Part shown: piece by piece, positions 11,019 to 21,412 of the stretch
Layout of the letters: each line of letters opens with the position of its first letter
Position numbering within the stretch: the first letter of the stretch is position 1
Assembly: GCA_016713085.1 (NCBI GenBank)
Contig: JADJPV010000002.1
Coordinates: 1,575,352 to 1,639,351 of the forward strand
Reading direction: 5' to 3'
Length of the DNA: 64,000 nucleotides
Origin: Chitinophagaceae bacterium
GTDB taxonomy: Bacteria; Bacteroidota; Bacteroidia; Chitinophagales; Chitinophagaceae
The notes under the pieces: generated by a model
Databases searched by the model: none
What the model was told of the DNA's origin: nothing
Seen by the model: only the letters and a program-made list of their open reading frames with translations
Translations under genes and position numbers: made by a program

Positions 11019-12753
11019 TAACTCTCAGCAGGGCGGAGATTCTTACAAACTCAGAAGCTACGATTGGTTTGGCAAATCTGATAAGATGGGATTTGTACAT
11101 CGTTCCTGGTTACGTAACCAGGGATATCCTGATGATTATTTCCAGGGCAAACCCGTTATTGGTATTTGCAATACATGGAGCGAACTGACACCCTGTAACG
11201 GTCACCTGCGTGATTTTGCAGAAATCGTAAAACGTGGTGTAATTGAAGCTGGAGGATTTCCATTAGAGTTTCCGGTTACATCATTGGGTGAAACAATCAT
11301 GCGGCCCACAACCATGCTCTTTCGGAATTTGGCGAGTATGGATACAGAAGAAAGCATTCGTGCCAATCCGATTGATGGTGTTGTTTTACTTACAGGTTGT
11401 GATAAAACTACTCCTTCTACTTTAATGGGTGCATGCAGTGTTGATCTGCCAACCATCGTTGTTCCAGGTGGTCCAATGCTGAATGGAAGATTCAAAGGCG
11501 AATGCCTTGGCAGCGGCTCATTCAACTGGATGGTAAAGGAAAAAACATTAGTAGAGAATTATACAGCAGAAGATATTCATGAAGCAGAGGTTGGCGCTGC
11601 AAGAAGTCAGGGACATTGTATGAGTATGGGTACTGCTTCAACTATGGCCTGCATGGTGGAAGCACTGGGTCTTACATTACCGGGTGCTGCTGCTATTCCT
11701 GCTGTTGATTCAAGAAAGAAAGTAAGGGAGCAATTATCAGGAAGAATAATTGTAGAGATGGTGAAAGAAGATTTGAAACTCTCAAAAATTCTTACAAGAA
11801 AAGCGTTTGAGAATTCGATTATAGTAAATGCCGGTGTTGGTGGCTCAACCAATTTAATCATTCACCTGCTTGCGATTGCCGGAAGAATAGGTATTGAATT
11901 AAATCTGGAGGACTTTGATACTATCGGAAGCAAAATTCCATTGCTTGCCAACCTGAAACCTTCAGGAAAATATTTGATGGAAGATTTTTATTATGCCGGT
12001 GGATTACCTGTTGTGATCAATGAACTAAAAAAATATCTGCACAATGATGTGATTACAGTTAATGGAAAATCAATCGGTGATAACAACAGCAAACCCGTTT
12101 GCTACAACCGTGAAGTGATCGCATCTGTTGATACGCCTTTGCAAACGGAAGCAGGTATTGCTGTGCTGAAAGGAAATTTATGTGCCGATGGTGCCATCAT
12201 TAAACCATCTGCTGCGACAAAATCATTAATGAAGCACAGGGGCAAAGCGGTTGTGTTTGAAACGATGGAAGATTATCATGCAAGAATTGATGACCCAAAT
12301 CTGGATATTGATGAAAACTCTGTGATCGTATTAAAAGGTGTTGGGCCGGTAGGTTATCCCGGCATGCCTGAAGTTGGCAATGTTGATCTTCCTGAGAAAT
12401 TACTGAGGAAAGGTGTTAAAGATATGATCCGCATTTCAGATGGAAGAATGAGTGGCACAGCTGCAGGAACTGTGGTGCTGCATGTTTCACCTGAATCGTC
12501 CATTGGTGGAGTACTTGCATTAGTGAAAGATGGCGATATGATTGAACTTGACGTCGATCAGAGAAAACTTCATCTTGATGTAAGCGATGAAGAATTAAAC
12601 AAACGGAAACTGGCATGGGTCGCACCTGAACCAATGGCAACAAGAGGTTATGTAAAATTTTATATTGACCATGTGCAGCAGGCACATCTCGGAGCAGACC
12701 TTGATATTTTGCAGGGCGGCAGCGGAAGTGAAGTAACAAGAGATTTACATTAA
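10999..12753 (+). CDS. IlvD/Edd-family sugar-acid dehydratase, L-arabinonate dehydratase-like
   Basis: IGICNTWSELTPCN, FRNLASMDTEESIR, GCDKTTP, GHCMSMGTASTM, RISDGRMSGTA. The N-terminal GFVHRSW and the C-terminal ...SEVTRDLH resemble pentonate dehydratases rather than IlvD. Confidence 0.85.
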   Translation: MKNEKDNNSQQGGDSYKLRSYDWFGKSDKMGFVHRSWLRNQGYPDDYFQGKPVIGICNTWSELTPCNGHLRDFAEIVKRGVIEAGGFPLEFPVTSLGETIMRPTTMLFRNLASMDTEESIRANPIDGVVLLTGCDKTTPSTLMGACSVDLPTIVVPGGPMLNGRFKGECLGSGSFNWMVKEKTLVENYTAEDIHEAEVGAARSQGHCMSMGTASTMACMVEALGLTLPGAAAIPAVDSRKKVREQLSGRIIVEMVKEDLKLSKILTRKAFENSIIVNAGVGGSTNLIIHLLAIAGRIGIELNLEDFDTIGSKIPLLANLKPSGKYLMEDFYYAGGLPVVINELKKYLHNDVITVNGKSIGDNNSKPVCYNREVIASVDTPLQTEAGIAVLKGNLCADGAIIKPSAATKSLMKHRGKAVVFETMEDYHARIDDPNLDIDENSVIVLKGVGPVGYPGMPEVGNVDLPEKLLRKGVKDMIRISDGRMSGTAAGTVVLHVSPESSIGGVLALVKDGDMIELDVDQRKLHLDVSDEELNKRKLAWVAPEPMATRGYVKFYIDHVQQAHLGADLDILQGGSGSEVTRDLH

Positions 12754-12759
12754 GCCCTG

Positions 12760-12771
12760 CCCCTAAAGGGG
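12760..12771. repeat. Short REP-like palindrome CCCC-TAAA-GGGG
   Basis: Read directly, just after the dehydratase stop codon. Confidence 0.4.
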
Positions 12772-12821
12772 AAGTTTAGGTTTTAAATTAAAAATAGTAT
12801 TAAGTAAAATATATACAGAGT

Positions 12822-13823
12822 ATGAAACAAATTTTTCTTTTCTGCTTTATCGTCTTCATAGTAAGTTGTAACAGTAAGCCACAATACAAATCGATTGGCG
12901 CTATTGAAAGAATGGATCCTGCATTGGATATAATTATTTCTCCAAACGCCAAAGCAGAGATCATTGCTGAGGGCTTTGAATGGAGTGAAGGACCGTTGTG
13001 GATCGAAAAGGAAAAGATGTTGTTATTTTCTGATGTGCCTGCTAATACAATCTACAAATGGACAGAAGAAAAAGGAAAAGAAGTTTACCTGAAGCCATCC
13101 GGCTATACAGACAGCCTTCCATCCATCTGCAAAGAACCCGGCAGCAATGGTTTAATACTGGACGCTGAAGGCAGCCTTATTCTTTGTCAGCATGGCGACA
13201 GAAGAATGGCGAGAATGGATGCTGCATTAGATAAACCAATAGCAAAATTTATTACACTTGCCGATAAGTATAATAACAAACGGCTCAGCAGTCCAAATGA
13301 TGCAGTGTATAATTTTGGCGAATTATTTTTTACTGATCCGCCTTATGGATTAAGTACACAGGATGATAAGGACACTGAAAAAGAAATTCCTTTCAATGGA
13401 GTTTATAGATTAACAAAAAAAGGTCGGGTAACCTTAATTACCGACTCCCTCTCCCGCCCCAACGGTCTTGCATTTTTCCCCGGAGGAAGAAGATTGCTGG
13501 TTGCTAATTCTGATCCCGAAAAACCTAACTGGTATCTGTTTGATATAAATCCTGGTGATACTATTTTCCCTCCAAAACTATTTTTCAGTGCTGCTGGTAA
13601 TGATAAAAAGTTAAATGGTCTGCCGGACGGATTGAAGATCGATAAGAATGGGAATGTATTTGCAACAGGCCCGGGCGGAATTTATATATTTAATGAAAGC
13701 GGAAAATTATTAGGTAAACTGAAATTAGAAAATTCTTCATCGAATTGTGCTTTATCACCCGATGAAAAAACATTGTACATCACAAACGATATGTATGTAC
13801 TGCGGTTTAAAATGAGAGAATAA
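12822..13823 (+). CDS. SMP-30/gluconolactonase/LRE family lactonase, lipoprotein
   Basis: Lipobox IVSC; WSEGPLW, PGSNGL, SPND, LFFTDPPYG, RPNGLAF and PDGLKID motifs. Confidence 0.9.
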   Translation: MKQIFLFCFIVFIVSCNSKPQYKSIGAIERMDPALDIIISPNAKAEIIAEGFEWSEGPLWIEKEKMLLFSDVPANTIYKWTEEKGKEVYLKPSGYTDSLPSICKEPGSNGLILDAEGSLILCQHGDRRMARMDAALDKPIAKFITLADKYNNKRLSSPNDAVYNFGELFFTDPPYGLSTQDDKDTEKEIPFNGVYRLTKKGRVTLITDSLSRPNGLAFFPGGRRLLVANSDPEKPNWYLFDINPGDTIFPPKLFFSAAGNDKKLNGLPDGLKIDKNGNVFATGPGGIYIFNESGKLLGKLKLENSSSNCALSPDEKTLYITNDMYVLRFKMRE

Positions 13824-13852
13824 AATCAATCAGAATAAAAACAATAAGACGA

Positions 13853-15169
13853 ATGCCCTTACTAATCATCTTACTGGGAATTGCTTTGCAGATTTTTTTA
13901 ACGGTTAAAAAAGTCAGCCCTTTTTTATCGTTACTGATCGTAGCTATTTTCATTGGTTTTTTATTGGGCATGCAACCCTCTGCCATCCTTACTTCTGTAG
14001 AAAAAGGAGTTGGCAGTACATTGGGCGGGCTTGCATTGATCCTTTGCCTTGGCGCTGTTCTTGGAAAAATACTGGAAGCAAGTGGTGCTGCTGAACAAAT
14101 TTCGGGTACACTCATCAACAGTTTTGGCGAAAAGAATATTCAGTGGGCCATGCTGCTTACAGGTTTCTTAGTTGGACTTCCACTTTATTATAATGCAGGT
14201 TTTATCATTCTTGTGCCGCTTGTATTTTCTGTTGCCAAAAGAACAAAATTACCTTTACTGTATCTCGCTATTCCTATGGCGGCATCTTTATCAACCACAC
14301 ATTGTTTTTTACCCCCACACCCCGGGCCTGTTGTACTGGTAAATGCCTTTAAAGCTGATCTCGGCAAAACCCTTGTTTACGGATTGATACTTGTAATACC
14401 GATTGTAATTATTGCCGGACCGTTTTTAGGTCGCTTACTGCAAAAAATAACGACAGGTGTACTGGCTCCCTTTTCTATTGGAGATAACATAATCGTTGAC
14501 AAAAAATTACCCTCCGTTACTCCAAGTTTTATCATCGCATTACTTCCGGTATTTTTGATTACACTGTCTGTGATAGCAAAATACTTTTTATCAGATGACT
14601 CACTCATAAAGAATGTTATTCTGTTTACTGGTGATTCCACCATTGCTTTATTACTATCAGTGCTTTGCGCCATTTACTTTTTTGGTATAAGGATGAATAA
14701 CAAAATGCCGGTAATTATGCAATGGCTCAATGATGCCATATCAGGTATTGCAGTCATCATGCTCATTATTACTGCAGGTGGTGTATTAAAACAAATATTA
14801 ACCGACAGCGGAACCGGAGCTTACATTACTTCATTCAGCAGTGACTGGCAGATTCATCCATTGGTGTTTGGATGGGTGGTAACTGCCTTATTACGTGTCG
14901 CAATAGGATCTGCAACAGTAGCAGGTTTAACTGCTGCAGGCATTGTATCCCCCATTGTTGTTGCAGGTGCAGTTTCACCTGAATTGATGGTACTGGCTGT
15001 AGGTGCCGGCAGTGTATTTGGTTCTCACATCAATGATTCGGGATTCTGGATGTTCAAAGAATTTTTCAAAGTAACTCTGAAACAAACTTTTTTATCATGG
15101 ACTATTATGGAAACGATCATTTCAATTCTGGGATTGATCGGCATATTATTGTTAAATATGTTTATTTAA
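13853..15169 (+). CDS. GntP family gluconate/aldonate:H+ symporter
   Basis: THCFLPPHPGP, LRVAIGSATVA and SHINDSGFWMFKEFF motifs. Confidence 0.93.
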   Translation: MPLLIILLGIALQIFLTVKKVSPFLSLLIVAIFIGFLLGMQPSAILTSVEKGVGSTLGGLALILCLGAVLGKILEASGAAEQISGTLINSFGEKNIQWAMLLTGFLVGLPLYYNAGFIILVPLVFSVAKRTKLPLLYLAIPMAASLSTTHCFLPPHPGPVVLVNAFKADLGKTLVYGLILVIPIVIIAGPFLGRLLQKITTGVLAPFSIGDNIIVDKKLPSVTPSFIIALLPVFLITLSVIAKYFLSDDSLIKNVILFTGDSTIALLLSVLCAIYFFGIRMNNKMPVIMQWLNDAISGIAVIMLIITAGGVLKQILTDSGTGAYITSFSSDWQIHPLVFGWVVTALLRVAIGSATVAGLTAAGIVSPIVVAGAVSPELMVLAVGAGSVFGSHINDSGFWMFKEFFKVTLKQTFLSWTIMETIISILGLIGILLLNMFI

Positions 15170-15174
15170 GAAAA

Positions 15175-17118
15175 ATGAATAGCAAAATAAAAACAACATG
15201 CCTGCTCATCTGCTGTATTCTTTTGTTGTTATCTAATCAGTCAGGTGCACAGGTAAAACTTCCTCAAATTGTAAGAGACAGCATGATCCTGCAAAGAGAT
15301 GTACCCGTAAATATCTGGGGATGGTCGTCTGTAAATGAAAAAGTAACCGTGAAGTTTAATGGAAAAACATATAAAACAAAAGGTAATGCGGATGGTAAAT
15401 GGATCATCAAACTTCCTCCAACCAAAGCAGGCGGCCCGTATACGATTAATATTACTGCAAGTAATAAAATCAGTCTGAAAGAAATTTTATTTGGCGATGT
15501 TTGGTTTTGCAGTGGTCAGTCAAACATGGTGCATCAACTGAATATTCATGATGTAACCTATGCAAAAGAAATTGCAGAAGCAAACGATCAGCAGATACGA
15601 CAGTTCTGGATACCAACACTTACCGGCTTACAGGGAGCACAACAGAACCTGCCGGGCGGTTACTGGAAAGCAGCAGTTGGTGAAGATGTTCGTCCATTTT
15701 CTGCAGTTGCCTATTTCTTTGCAAAGCGTTTATACGAAAAATACAAAGTACCTGTCGGTATCATCAATGCAAGTGTGGGCGGCACACCTGTTGAAGCTTG
15801 GACAAGTGAAGAAGGGTTAAAAGATTTTACTTCACTGAAAAATACCATCGAAAAAAATAAAGACACAGCTTATCTCAACAGTCTGAACCGAAGATCTCCC
15901 ACTACGAACCGCATGCCGCCCCCTGTTGATGCAGGTTTATCAGCTGCCATTAAATGGCTTGATGTCAACTATATACCTAAAGGCTGGCGCAATATCAATC
16001 TTCCCGGTTACTGGGAAGACCAGGGCATTAAAGATCTGAATGGTGTTGTTTGGTTTAGAAAAGAAATAGAAATTCCGGCATCAATGGCTGGTAAAGTTGC
16101 AAAAGTTTTTTTAGGAAGAATTGTTGATGCAGATGAATTATACATCAATGGAAAATTAGTTGGTAAAACTACTTATCAATATCCGCAACGCAGATATCCA
16201 GTTCCAGCAGATGTTTTAAAAGCAGGGAAAAACATTTTTGTTATTCGTGTAACAAACTCGTCTGGCAAAGGCGGTTTTGTATCAGACAAACCTTACTGTA
16301 TTTTTTCAGGTACTGATACAGTTGATTTGAAAGGCTACTGGCAATACAAAGTTGGTCTTGTGTATAAACCTTTCACAGGCGGAGGTTTTGGTGGAGGCAT
16401 CAATGCACAAAATCAACCGGCAGCATTGTACAATGCAATGGTGGCACCGGAGATCAATTATACTATTAAAGGTTTTTGCTGGTACCAGGGTGAAAGCAAT
16501 GCAGGCAGGCCAAAGGAATATGAAAAACTTTTATCCGCATTAATTAATGACTGGCGAAGCAAATGGAACCAGGGCTCACTTCCATTTCTGTACATACAGC
16601 TTCCGGGCTTTATGGATTATAACTACCTCCCTACCGAAAGCCAATGGGCTGAGTTACGTGAAGGGCAACTAAAAACTCTTTCCGTTCCCAATACGGCGAT
16701 GGCAGTTACTATTGAACTTGGCGAATGGAATGATATTCACCCCGACAATAAAAAAGATGTTGGTGAGCGCTTAGCCTTAGCTGCAATGAAAACTGCTTAC
16801 AATGAAAACATTGTTTATTCAGGTCCGCTTTTTCAATCGGCAACTATTGAGTCAAACAAGATTATAATAGAATTTTCAAATACAGGCAGTGGCTTAGTAA
16901 CTAATGATGGCGAAGAGTTAAGTGAGTTTGCTATTGCAGGGGCCGATAAAAAATTTGTATGGGCAAAAGCAAAAATAGAAGGCAACAAAGTTGTTGTATG
17001 GAGTGATGAAGTTAAAGAACCAATGTATATGCGTTATGCCTGGGCAGATAATCCTGTTAATCCAAATCTTTTTAACAAAGATGGATTACCGGCATCACCA
17101 TTCAGAACTGATAAATAA
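15175..17118 (+). CDS. Sialate O-acetylesterase (SASA/SGNH) family carbohydrate acetylesterase with internal sugar-binding domain
   Basis: GDVWFCSGQSNM, GGTPVEAW, WYQGESN and DIHPDNK motifs. Start placed at MNSKIK (15175) rather than the overlapping 15097. Confidence 0.88.
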   Translation: MNSKIKTTCLLICCILLLLSNQSGAQVKLPQIVRDSMILQRDVPVNIWGWSSVNEKVTVKFNGKTYKTKGNADGKWIIKLPPTKAGGPYTINITASNKISLKEILFGDVWFCSGQSNMVHQLNIHDVTYAKEIAEANDQQIRQFWIPTLTGLQGAQQNLPGGYWKAAVGEDVRPFSAVAYFFAKRLYEKYKVPVGIINASVGGTPVEAWTSEEGLKDFTSLKNTIEKNKDTAYLNSLNRRSPTTNRMPPPVDAGLSAAIKWLDVNYIPKGWRNINLPGYWEDQGIKDLNGVVWFRKEIEIPASMAGKVAKVFLGRIVDADELYINGKLVGKTTYQYPQRRYPVPADVLKAGKNIFVIRVTNSSGKGGFVSDKPYCIFSGTDTVDLKGYWQYKVGLVYKPFTGGGFGGGINAQNQPAALYNAMVAPEINYTIKGFCWYQGESNAGRPKEYEKLLSALINDWRSKWNQGSLPFLYIQLPGFMDYNYLPTESQWAELREGQLKTLSVPNTAMAVTIELGEWNDIHPDNKKDVGERLALAAMKTAYNENIVYSGPLFQSATIESNKIIIEFSNTGSGLVTNDGEELSEFAIAGADKKFVWAKAKIEGNKVVVWSDEVKEPMYMRYAWADNPVNPNLFNKDGLPASPFRTDK

Positions 17119-17148
17119 AAAAGTATCTCTAATACTATAAACTTCTGT

Positions 17149-18693
17149 ATGAAAAATTATTTGATATTGTTATTATGCATCTGCTTTACATCAGAGATAA
17201 CTGCACAGTCTGTTTCTGTTGACAGCAGTAAGTATCCCCGACTCGTTACATTCACTGCTCAACAGGATCAGGCACAAATGATGCAGCAGTTGGGTATTAA
17301 AAAATTAAGACCCGGCCCAAGCGGTAATGCGTCCGCTCCCAATCATGCTAATTACGATGAAGCAATAGCAAACCCCTGTCCGTTATTACCTGATGCACTG
17401 ATTACCAAAAAAGGTAAAAAAGTAACCAATGCTGAACAGTGGTGGCAACAGAGACGCCCGGAAATTGTGGAAGATTTTGAAACTGAAATGTATGGCAGAA
17501 TTCCATCAAAAACACCAAACGTTACATGGACTGCAAAAATCACCGATTATGAATTTGTTGGACGCATTCCTGTTATTGCAAAACAATTAGTGGGTCATGT
17601 TGATAACAGCGAATATCCTCTCATTCATGTAAACATCAACATGGTACTTGTATTACCATTGAATGTAAAAGGCCCTGTTCCTGTATTGATCATGTTTGGA
17701 TTCCCTTCATTACCATCTCCTGCACAACCCAACCCTGCAGACATGGAAAAGCTCAATTCAACTTTCAAAGAGATGATGATACAGCAGAACCCGGAGATGA
17801 AAGCCATCTTCGATCGCTATCCTGCTTATTCACCTGTTACACGATTGCCCGGTTCAAACTTTTTTGCACCTGCCCCAACAGGCGACTCACCCCCTACTGA
17901 ACAATTGCTGGCTGCAGGTTGGGGATACTGTGTGATAGAGCCAAACAGTATCCAGGCTGATAATGGTGCAGGTTTAACAAGAGGTATTATTGGTTTAGTA
18001 AATAAAGGACAACCACGTAAGCCTGACGATTGGGGTTCATTAAGAGCATGGGGCTGGGGTGCATCACGTGCATTGGATTATTTTGAAACAGATACATTGA
18101 TCAACACAAAAAGAGTTGGTATTGAAGGCGTATCCCGTTATGGAAAAGCAGCATTGGTAACAATGGCTTTTGATCAGCGATTTGCAATTGTATTAATCGG
18201 TTCTTCAGGAAAAGGTGGTGCAACACTGCAGCGCCGTGTTTTTGGTGAAGCGGTTGAAAGTCTTGCAGGCAGTGGTGAGTATCACTGGATGTCGGGAAAT
18301 TATTTAAAATACGCAACTGCAGAATCTTCCTTTGGCAGTAAAACAGGTTGCGATCTTCCCGTTGACTCACATGAACTGTTGGCACTTTGTGCACCAAGGC
18401 CAGTGTTCGTCAGTTATGGAATACCGGAGAAAGGAGATGCCAATTGGCTCGATCAAATGGGAAGCTATAAAGCAACCATTGCAGCAGGTACCGTATTTAA
18501 ATTATTAGGAGCAAAAGATTTGGGTGTTAGCAATGATTATAACACAGAACAAATGCCGCCGGTGCTTACAGGCTTGCTCGATGGTGAACTGGCATGGCGG
18601 CAGCACGACGGAGGACATACTGATGCTCCTAACTTTAAATTCTTTATACCATGGGCCAACCGTGTGTTGAAGTATGAAAAAGTTGCCCGTTAA
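17149..18693 (+). CDS. CE15 glucuronoyl esterase-like protein
   Basis: GVSRYGKA catalytic motif, WGSLRAWGWGASRALDY, LPVDSHELLALCAPRP and RQHDGGH. Confidence 0.85.
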   Translation: MKNYLILLLCICFTSEITAQSVSVDSSKYPRLVTFTAQQDQAQMMQQLGIKKLRPGPSGNASAPNHANYDEAIANPCPLLPDALITKKGKKVTNAEQWWQQRRPEIVEDFETEMYGRIPSKTPNVTWTAKITDYEFVGRIPVIAKQLVGHVDNSEYPLIHVNINMVLVLPLNVKGPVPVLIMFGFPSLPSPAQPNPADMEKLNSTFKEMMIQQNPEMKAIFDRYPAYSPVTRLPGSNFFAPAPTGDSPPTEQLLAAGWGYCVIEPNSIQADNGAGLTRGIIGLVNKGQPRKPDDWGSLRAWGWGASRALDYFETDTLINTKRVGIEGVSRYGKAALVTMAFDQRFAIVLIGSSGKGGATLQRRVFGEAVESLAGSGEYHWMSGNYLKYATAESSFGSKTGCDLPVDSHELLALCAPRPVFVSYGIPEKGDANWLDQMGSYKATIAAGTVFKLLGAKDLGVSNDYNTEQMPPVLTGLLDGELAWRQHDGGHTDAPNFKFFIPWANRVLKYEKVAR

Positions 18694-18733
18694 TTGTATT
18701 GCTGATTCTATAACATTATTGAAAAGGAAAATC

Positions 18734-19522
18734 ATGCTCAAAAAAAGGATACTACTTACAGCTTCTGCATTTTTGTTTACAGTTATTTTACATGCACAAA
18801 CACAATCTCCATGGTATGGAAAAAAATGTGCCGTTGTACTTACATATGACGATGCAATAGATCAGCACCTGGATAATGCAGTTCCATTGTTGGATTCACT
18901 GGGATTGAAAGCAACGTTTTATATAACTGCTTTTTCACAATCAGTACAAACAAGAATAAATGACTGGAAAAAACTTTCTGTTACGGGTCACGAATTAGGT
19001 AATCATACATTGTTTCATCCCTGTATTGGTAACAGCCCCGGCCGTGAGTGGGTTTCACCCGAAAACAATTTGAATAATTATACCGTGAAGCGTATGGAAA
19101 ATGAAATACGCATGACGAATACCTTTCTGCAGGCACTTGATGGAAAAATCAAACGCACATTTGCATTCACCTGCGGCGATATGAAGATTGCTGACTCCTC
19201 TTTCATTAATGGAATGAAAAAAGATTTTGTTGCGGCAAGAGCAGTACGTAACGAAATGCATAAGATTAACGAAGTGGATCTGTACAATATAGATTGCTAC
19301 ATGGTAAACAATAACAGCTTTGAAGAAATGAAAGCATGGGTAGATAAAGCAATTGAAACCAACTCACTGCTTGTTATACTTTTTCACGGTGTAGGCGGTG
19401 GCAACAGTTTAAATGTTTCGCTGACAGATCACCATAAATTGCTTACTTATTTAAAGCAAAAACAAGAAAGCATCTGGGTTGCGCCCATGATCACAGTTGC
19501 TGAACATATTAACGAATGGTAA
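18734..19522 (+). CDS. Polysaccharide deacetylase (NodB/CE4-like), signal peptide
   Basis: VLTYDDA, HELGNHTLFHPC and ILFHGV motifs. Start placed at MLKKRILL. Confidence 0.85.
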   Translation: MLKKRILLTASAFLFTVILHAQTQSPWYGKKCAVVLTYDDAIDQHLDNAVPLLDSLGLKATFYITAFSQSVQTRINDWKKLSVTGHELGNHTLFHPCIGNSPGREWVSPENNLNNYTVKRMENEIRMTNTFLQALDGKIKRTFAFTCGDMKIADSSFINGMKKDFVAARAVRNEMHKINEVDLYNIDCYMVNNNSFEEMKAWVDKAIETNSLLVILFHGVGGGNSLNVSLTDHHKLLTYLKQKQESIWVAPMITVAEHINEW

Positions 19523-19559
19523 AACATAACCAAGTAGCCTACTGCTGATCTGCCTGTGT

Positions 19560-21131
19560 TTACCGGATGATTGTATCCATTATATGAAAAAAATCAAAAT
19601 CAACATAACCACCTGTTGATTTAGTTGCATAATTGAACAATCCAAAACGGTAACCCATAAAATGAGGTAATGTGTAAGTCATTTGCAATGGAGAACCAAT
19701 TGCTGTCCATTTTTTTCCATCAAGACTGTAATAGAAATACCCTTTATCTGTTCGGTTAACAAAGTCGCAGTCTGCTTTCAGATAAATTTTCTTCTGCACC
19801 AATGGAAGACTTTGTACTTCAACAGGCTTTCCCGATTCAGCATTAATCATAACAATTGATTTTGTTCCTTCAGTTGATTTCACTCCCACCCATCCATAGT
19901 TCTTCTGCAAAAGCACAAGACCTGCAAAGTCACCGTCTTTCATATTGCTAATATCAATAACAGTTGTACCCGAACATTCAGGCCCAAATGTTCGTTGCGT
20001 AAGTGTGTTACGGGCAAGAAGAATAGATGTGTCAACTCTTCCTGTTGTAATGCGGAGATATCCTTTGCGCTTAGCAAGTGACCAGTTTTTATTATCAGGA
20101 TTATGATTCCATTGCCAAACCAGCGGGAAAGATATATCACCGGGCTTACGGTTGAACTCATCAGAAGCTACTATGCCGGGAATATACCCTTTGCTGGATG
20201 GAAGATTCAATGTATCAGGCACCTTACCATTACTGCCAATTACCGGCCATCCATTTTCCCATTTAACAGGTACAAGATAAGGAATACGACCAACTGCTCC
20301 GTAATCTCTGAACAGATATGCATACCAATCACCTTGCGATGTATTGATAAGACCACCCTGTGCCACGCCTTTATCCTGAAGGGCAACACGGCCCTCGTAA
20401 GGTCCTGTAATTTTATCGGCCCTATGTATAACAACAGTACGCATCCCTCCTTTTGGCCAGGTAATATTGAACAGGTAATATTTTCCATACATTTTAAACA
20501 GTTGTGAGCCTTCTGCATTTAAACCTCCGTTATCACCAGATGGCAAACTTGCATTTTCTATTACCACCTGATTTATTCCACCAGGTTTTATTCCGGATAC
20601 ATCTTCATTTAATTCAACAAGGGTGAGTTTACCTCCACCATATAACATATACACTTTGCCATCTTCATCAAAAAATAAAGAATGATCGTGCAGACTTGGT
20701 TTAAAAGAAACAGCTTTCCATGGACCTTTCTCAATATTCTTTGTGCTGTAGATGTAGGTTTTACCGGTTGTTTGTGCAAATGTGCTTACATAGAAAGTAC
20801 CGTTATGATAGCGAATGCTGCTTGCCCAGGAACCTCTGCCATAAGTGCTTTTGCCGTTGGCGAGATTCAATTCATCTACATTTGCCAAAGTATCGTATGC
20901 ATAGTTCACCAGCTTCCAGTTAACCAGATCTTTCGATTTCATTATTGGCACACCCGGACTCATATGCATGGTTGTGCTGCTCATGTAGTAAGTATCGCCC
21001 ACACGGATCATCGCCATATCAGGAACATCAGCATAAATAACAGGGTTGAATGCAGGCTGTGCCTGTAGATAAGAGATTGCACCGGTATATACAATCACAA
21101 AAAAAATAACTGCAGTAAGAAATTTTTTCAT
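19560..21131 (-). CDS. GH43 glycoside hydrolase with C-terminal beta-sandwich
   Basis: PVIYADVPD, YGRGSWASSIR, LHDHSLFFD, AEGSQLFK, VAQGGL and HFMGYRFGLFNYAT motifs. Confidence 0.9.
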   Translation of the reverse strand: MKKFLTAVIFFVIVYTGAISYLQAQPAFNPVIYADVPDMAMIRVGDTYYMSSTTMHMSPGVPIMKSKDLVNWKLVNYAYDTLANVDELNLANGKSTYGRGSWASSIRYHNGTFYVSTFAQTTGKTYIYSTKNIEKGPWKAVSFKPSLHDHSLFFDEDGKVYMLYGGGKLTLVELNEDVSGIKPGGINQVVIENASLPSGDNGGLNAEGSQLFKMYGKYYLFNITWPKGGMRTVVIHRADKITGPYEGRVALQDKGVAQGGLINTSQGDWYAYLFRDYGAVGRIPYLVPVKWENGWPVIGSNGKVPDTLNLPSSKGYIPGIVASDEFNRKPGDISFPLVWQWNHNPDNKNWSLAKRKGYLRITTGRVDTSILLARNTLTQRTFGPECSGTTVIDISNMKDGDFAGLVLLQKNYGWVGVKSTEGTKSIVMINAESGKPVEVQSLPLVQKKIYLKADCDFVNRTDKGYFYYSLDGKKWTAIGSPLQMTYTLPHFMGYRFGLFNYATKSTGGYVDFDFFHIMDTIIR

Positions 21132-21412
21132 TCAATTTTTTGTTTGAGATGGCAGGTATACTTTTCTAATCCGACTCATAAATTGCTAAGTAAAAAGATA
21201 TGAGCACTACAGAATATCCAAAACCTGAAACCAGGCTATTAAATGGCTGCATTTCGTCTGCATACAGAAGAACATGTAATGGCACTAAACTGGATATTTT
21301 TCCTGGATCATGCAGCAAACTATTTTAGCATAATATGCTCTCTGCTTAAATTCAATTTATTTTATTCAAACAGAGTACTGATCAACCTACCCCTCCGGTA
21401 CAGGATGCAGCT

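Noticed and set aside
10999-12753. Calling the dehydratase ilvD
   Set aside because: Its termini and its lactonase/GntP neighbours fit a sugar-acid dehydratase, and there are no ilv genes nearby.
21132-21412. HTCS-type direct-repeat operator upstream of the GH43
   Set aside because: Only weak ATCCAG/TAGTGC repeats with inconsistent spacing; not supportable.
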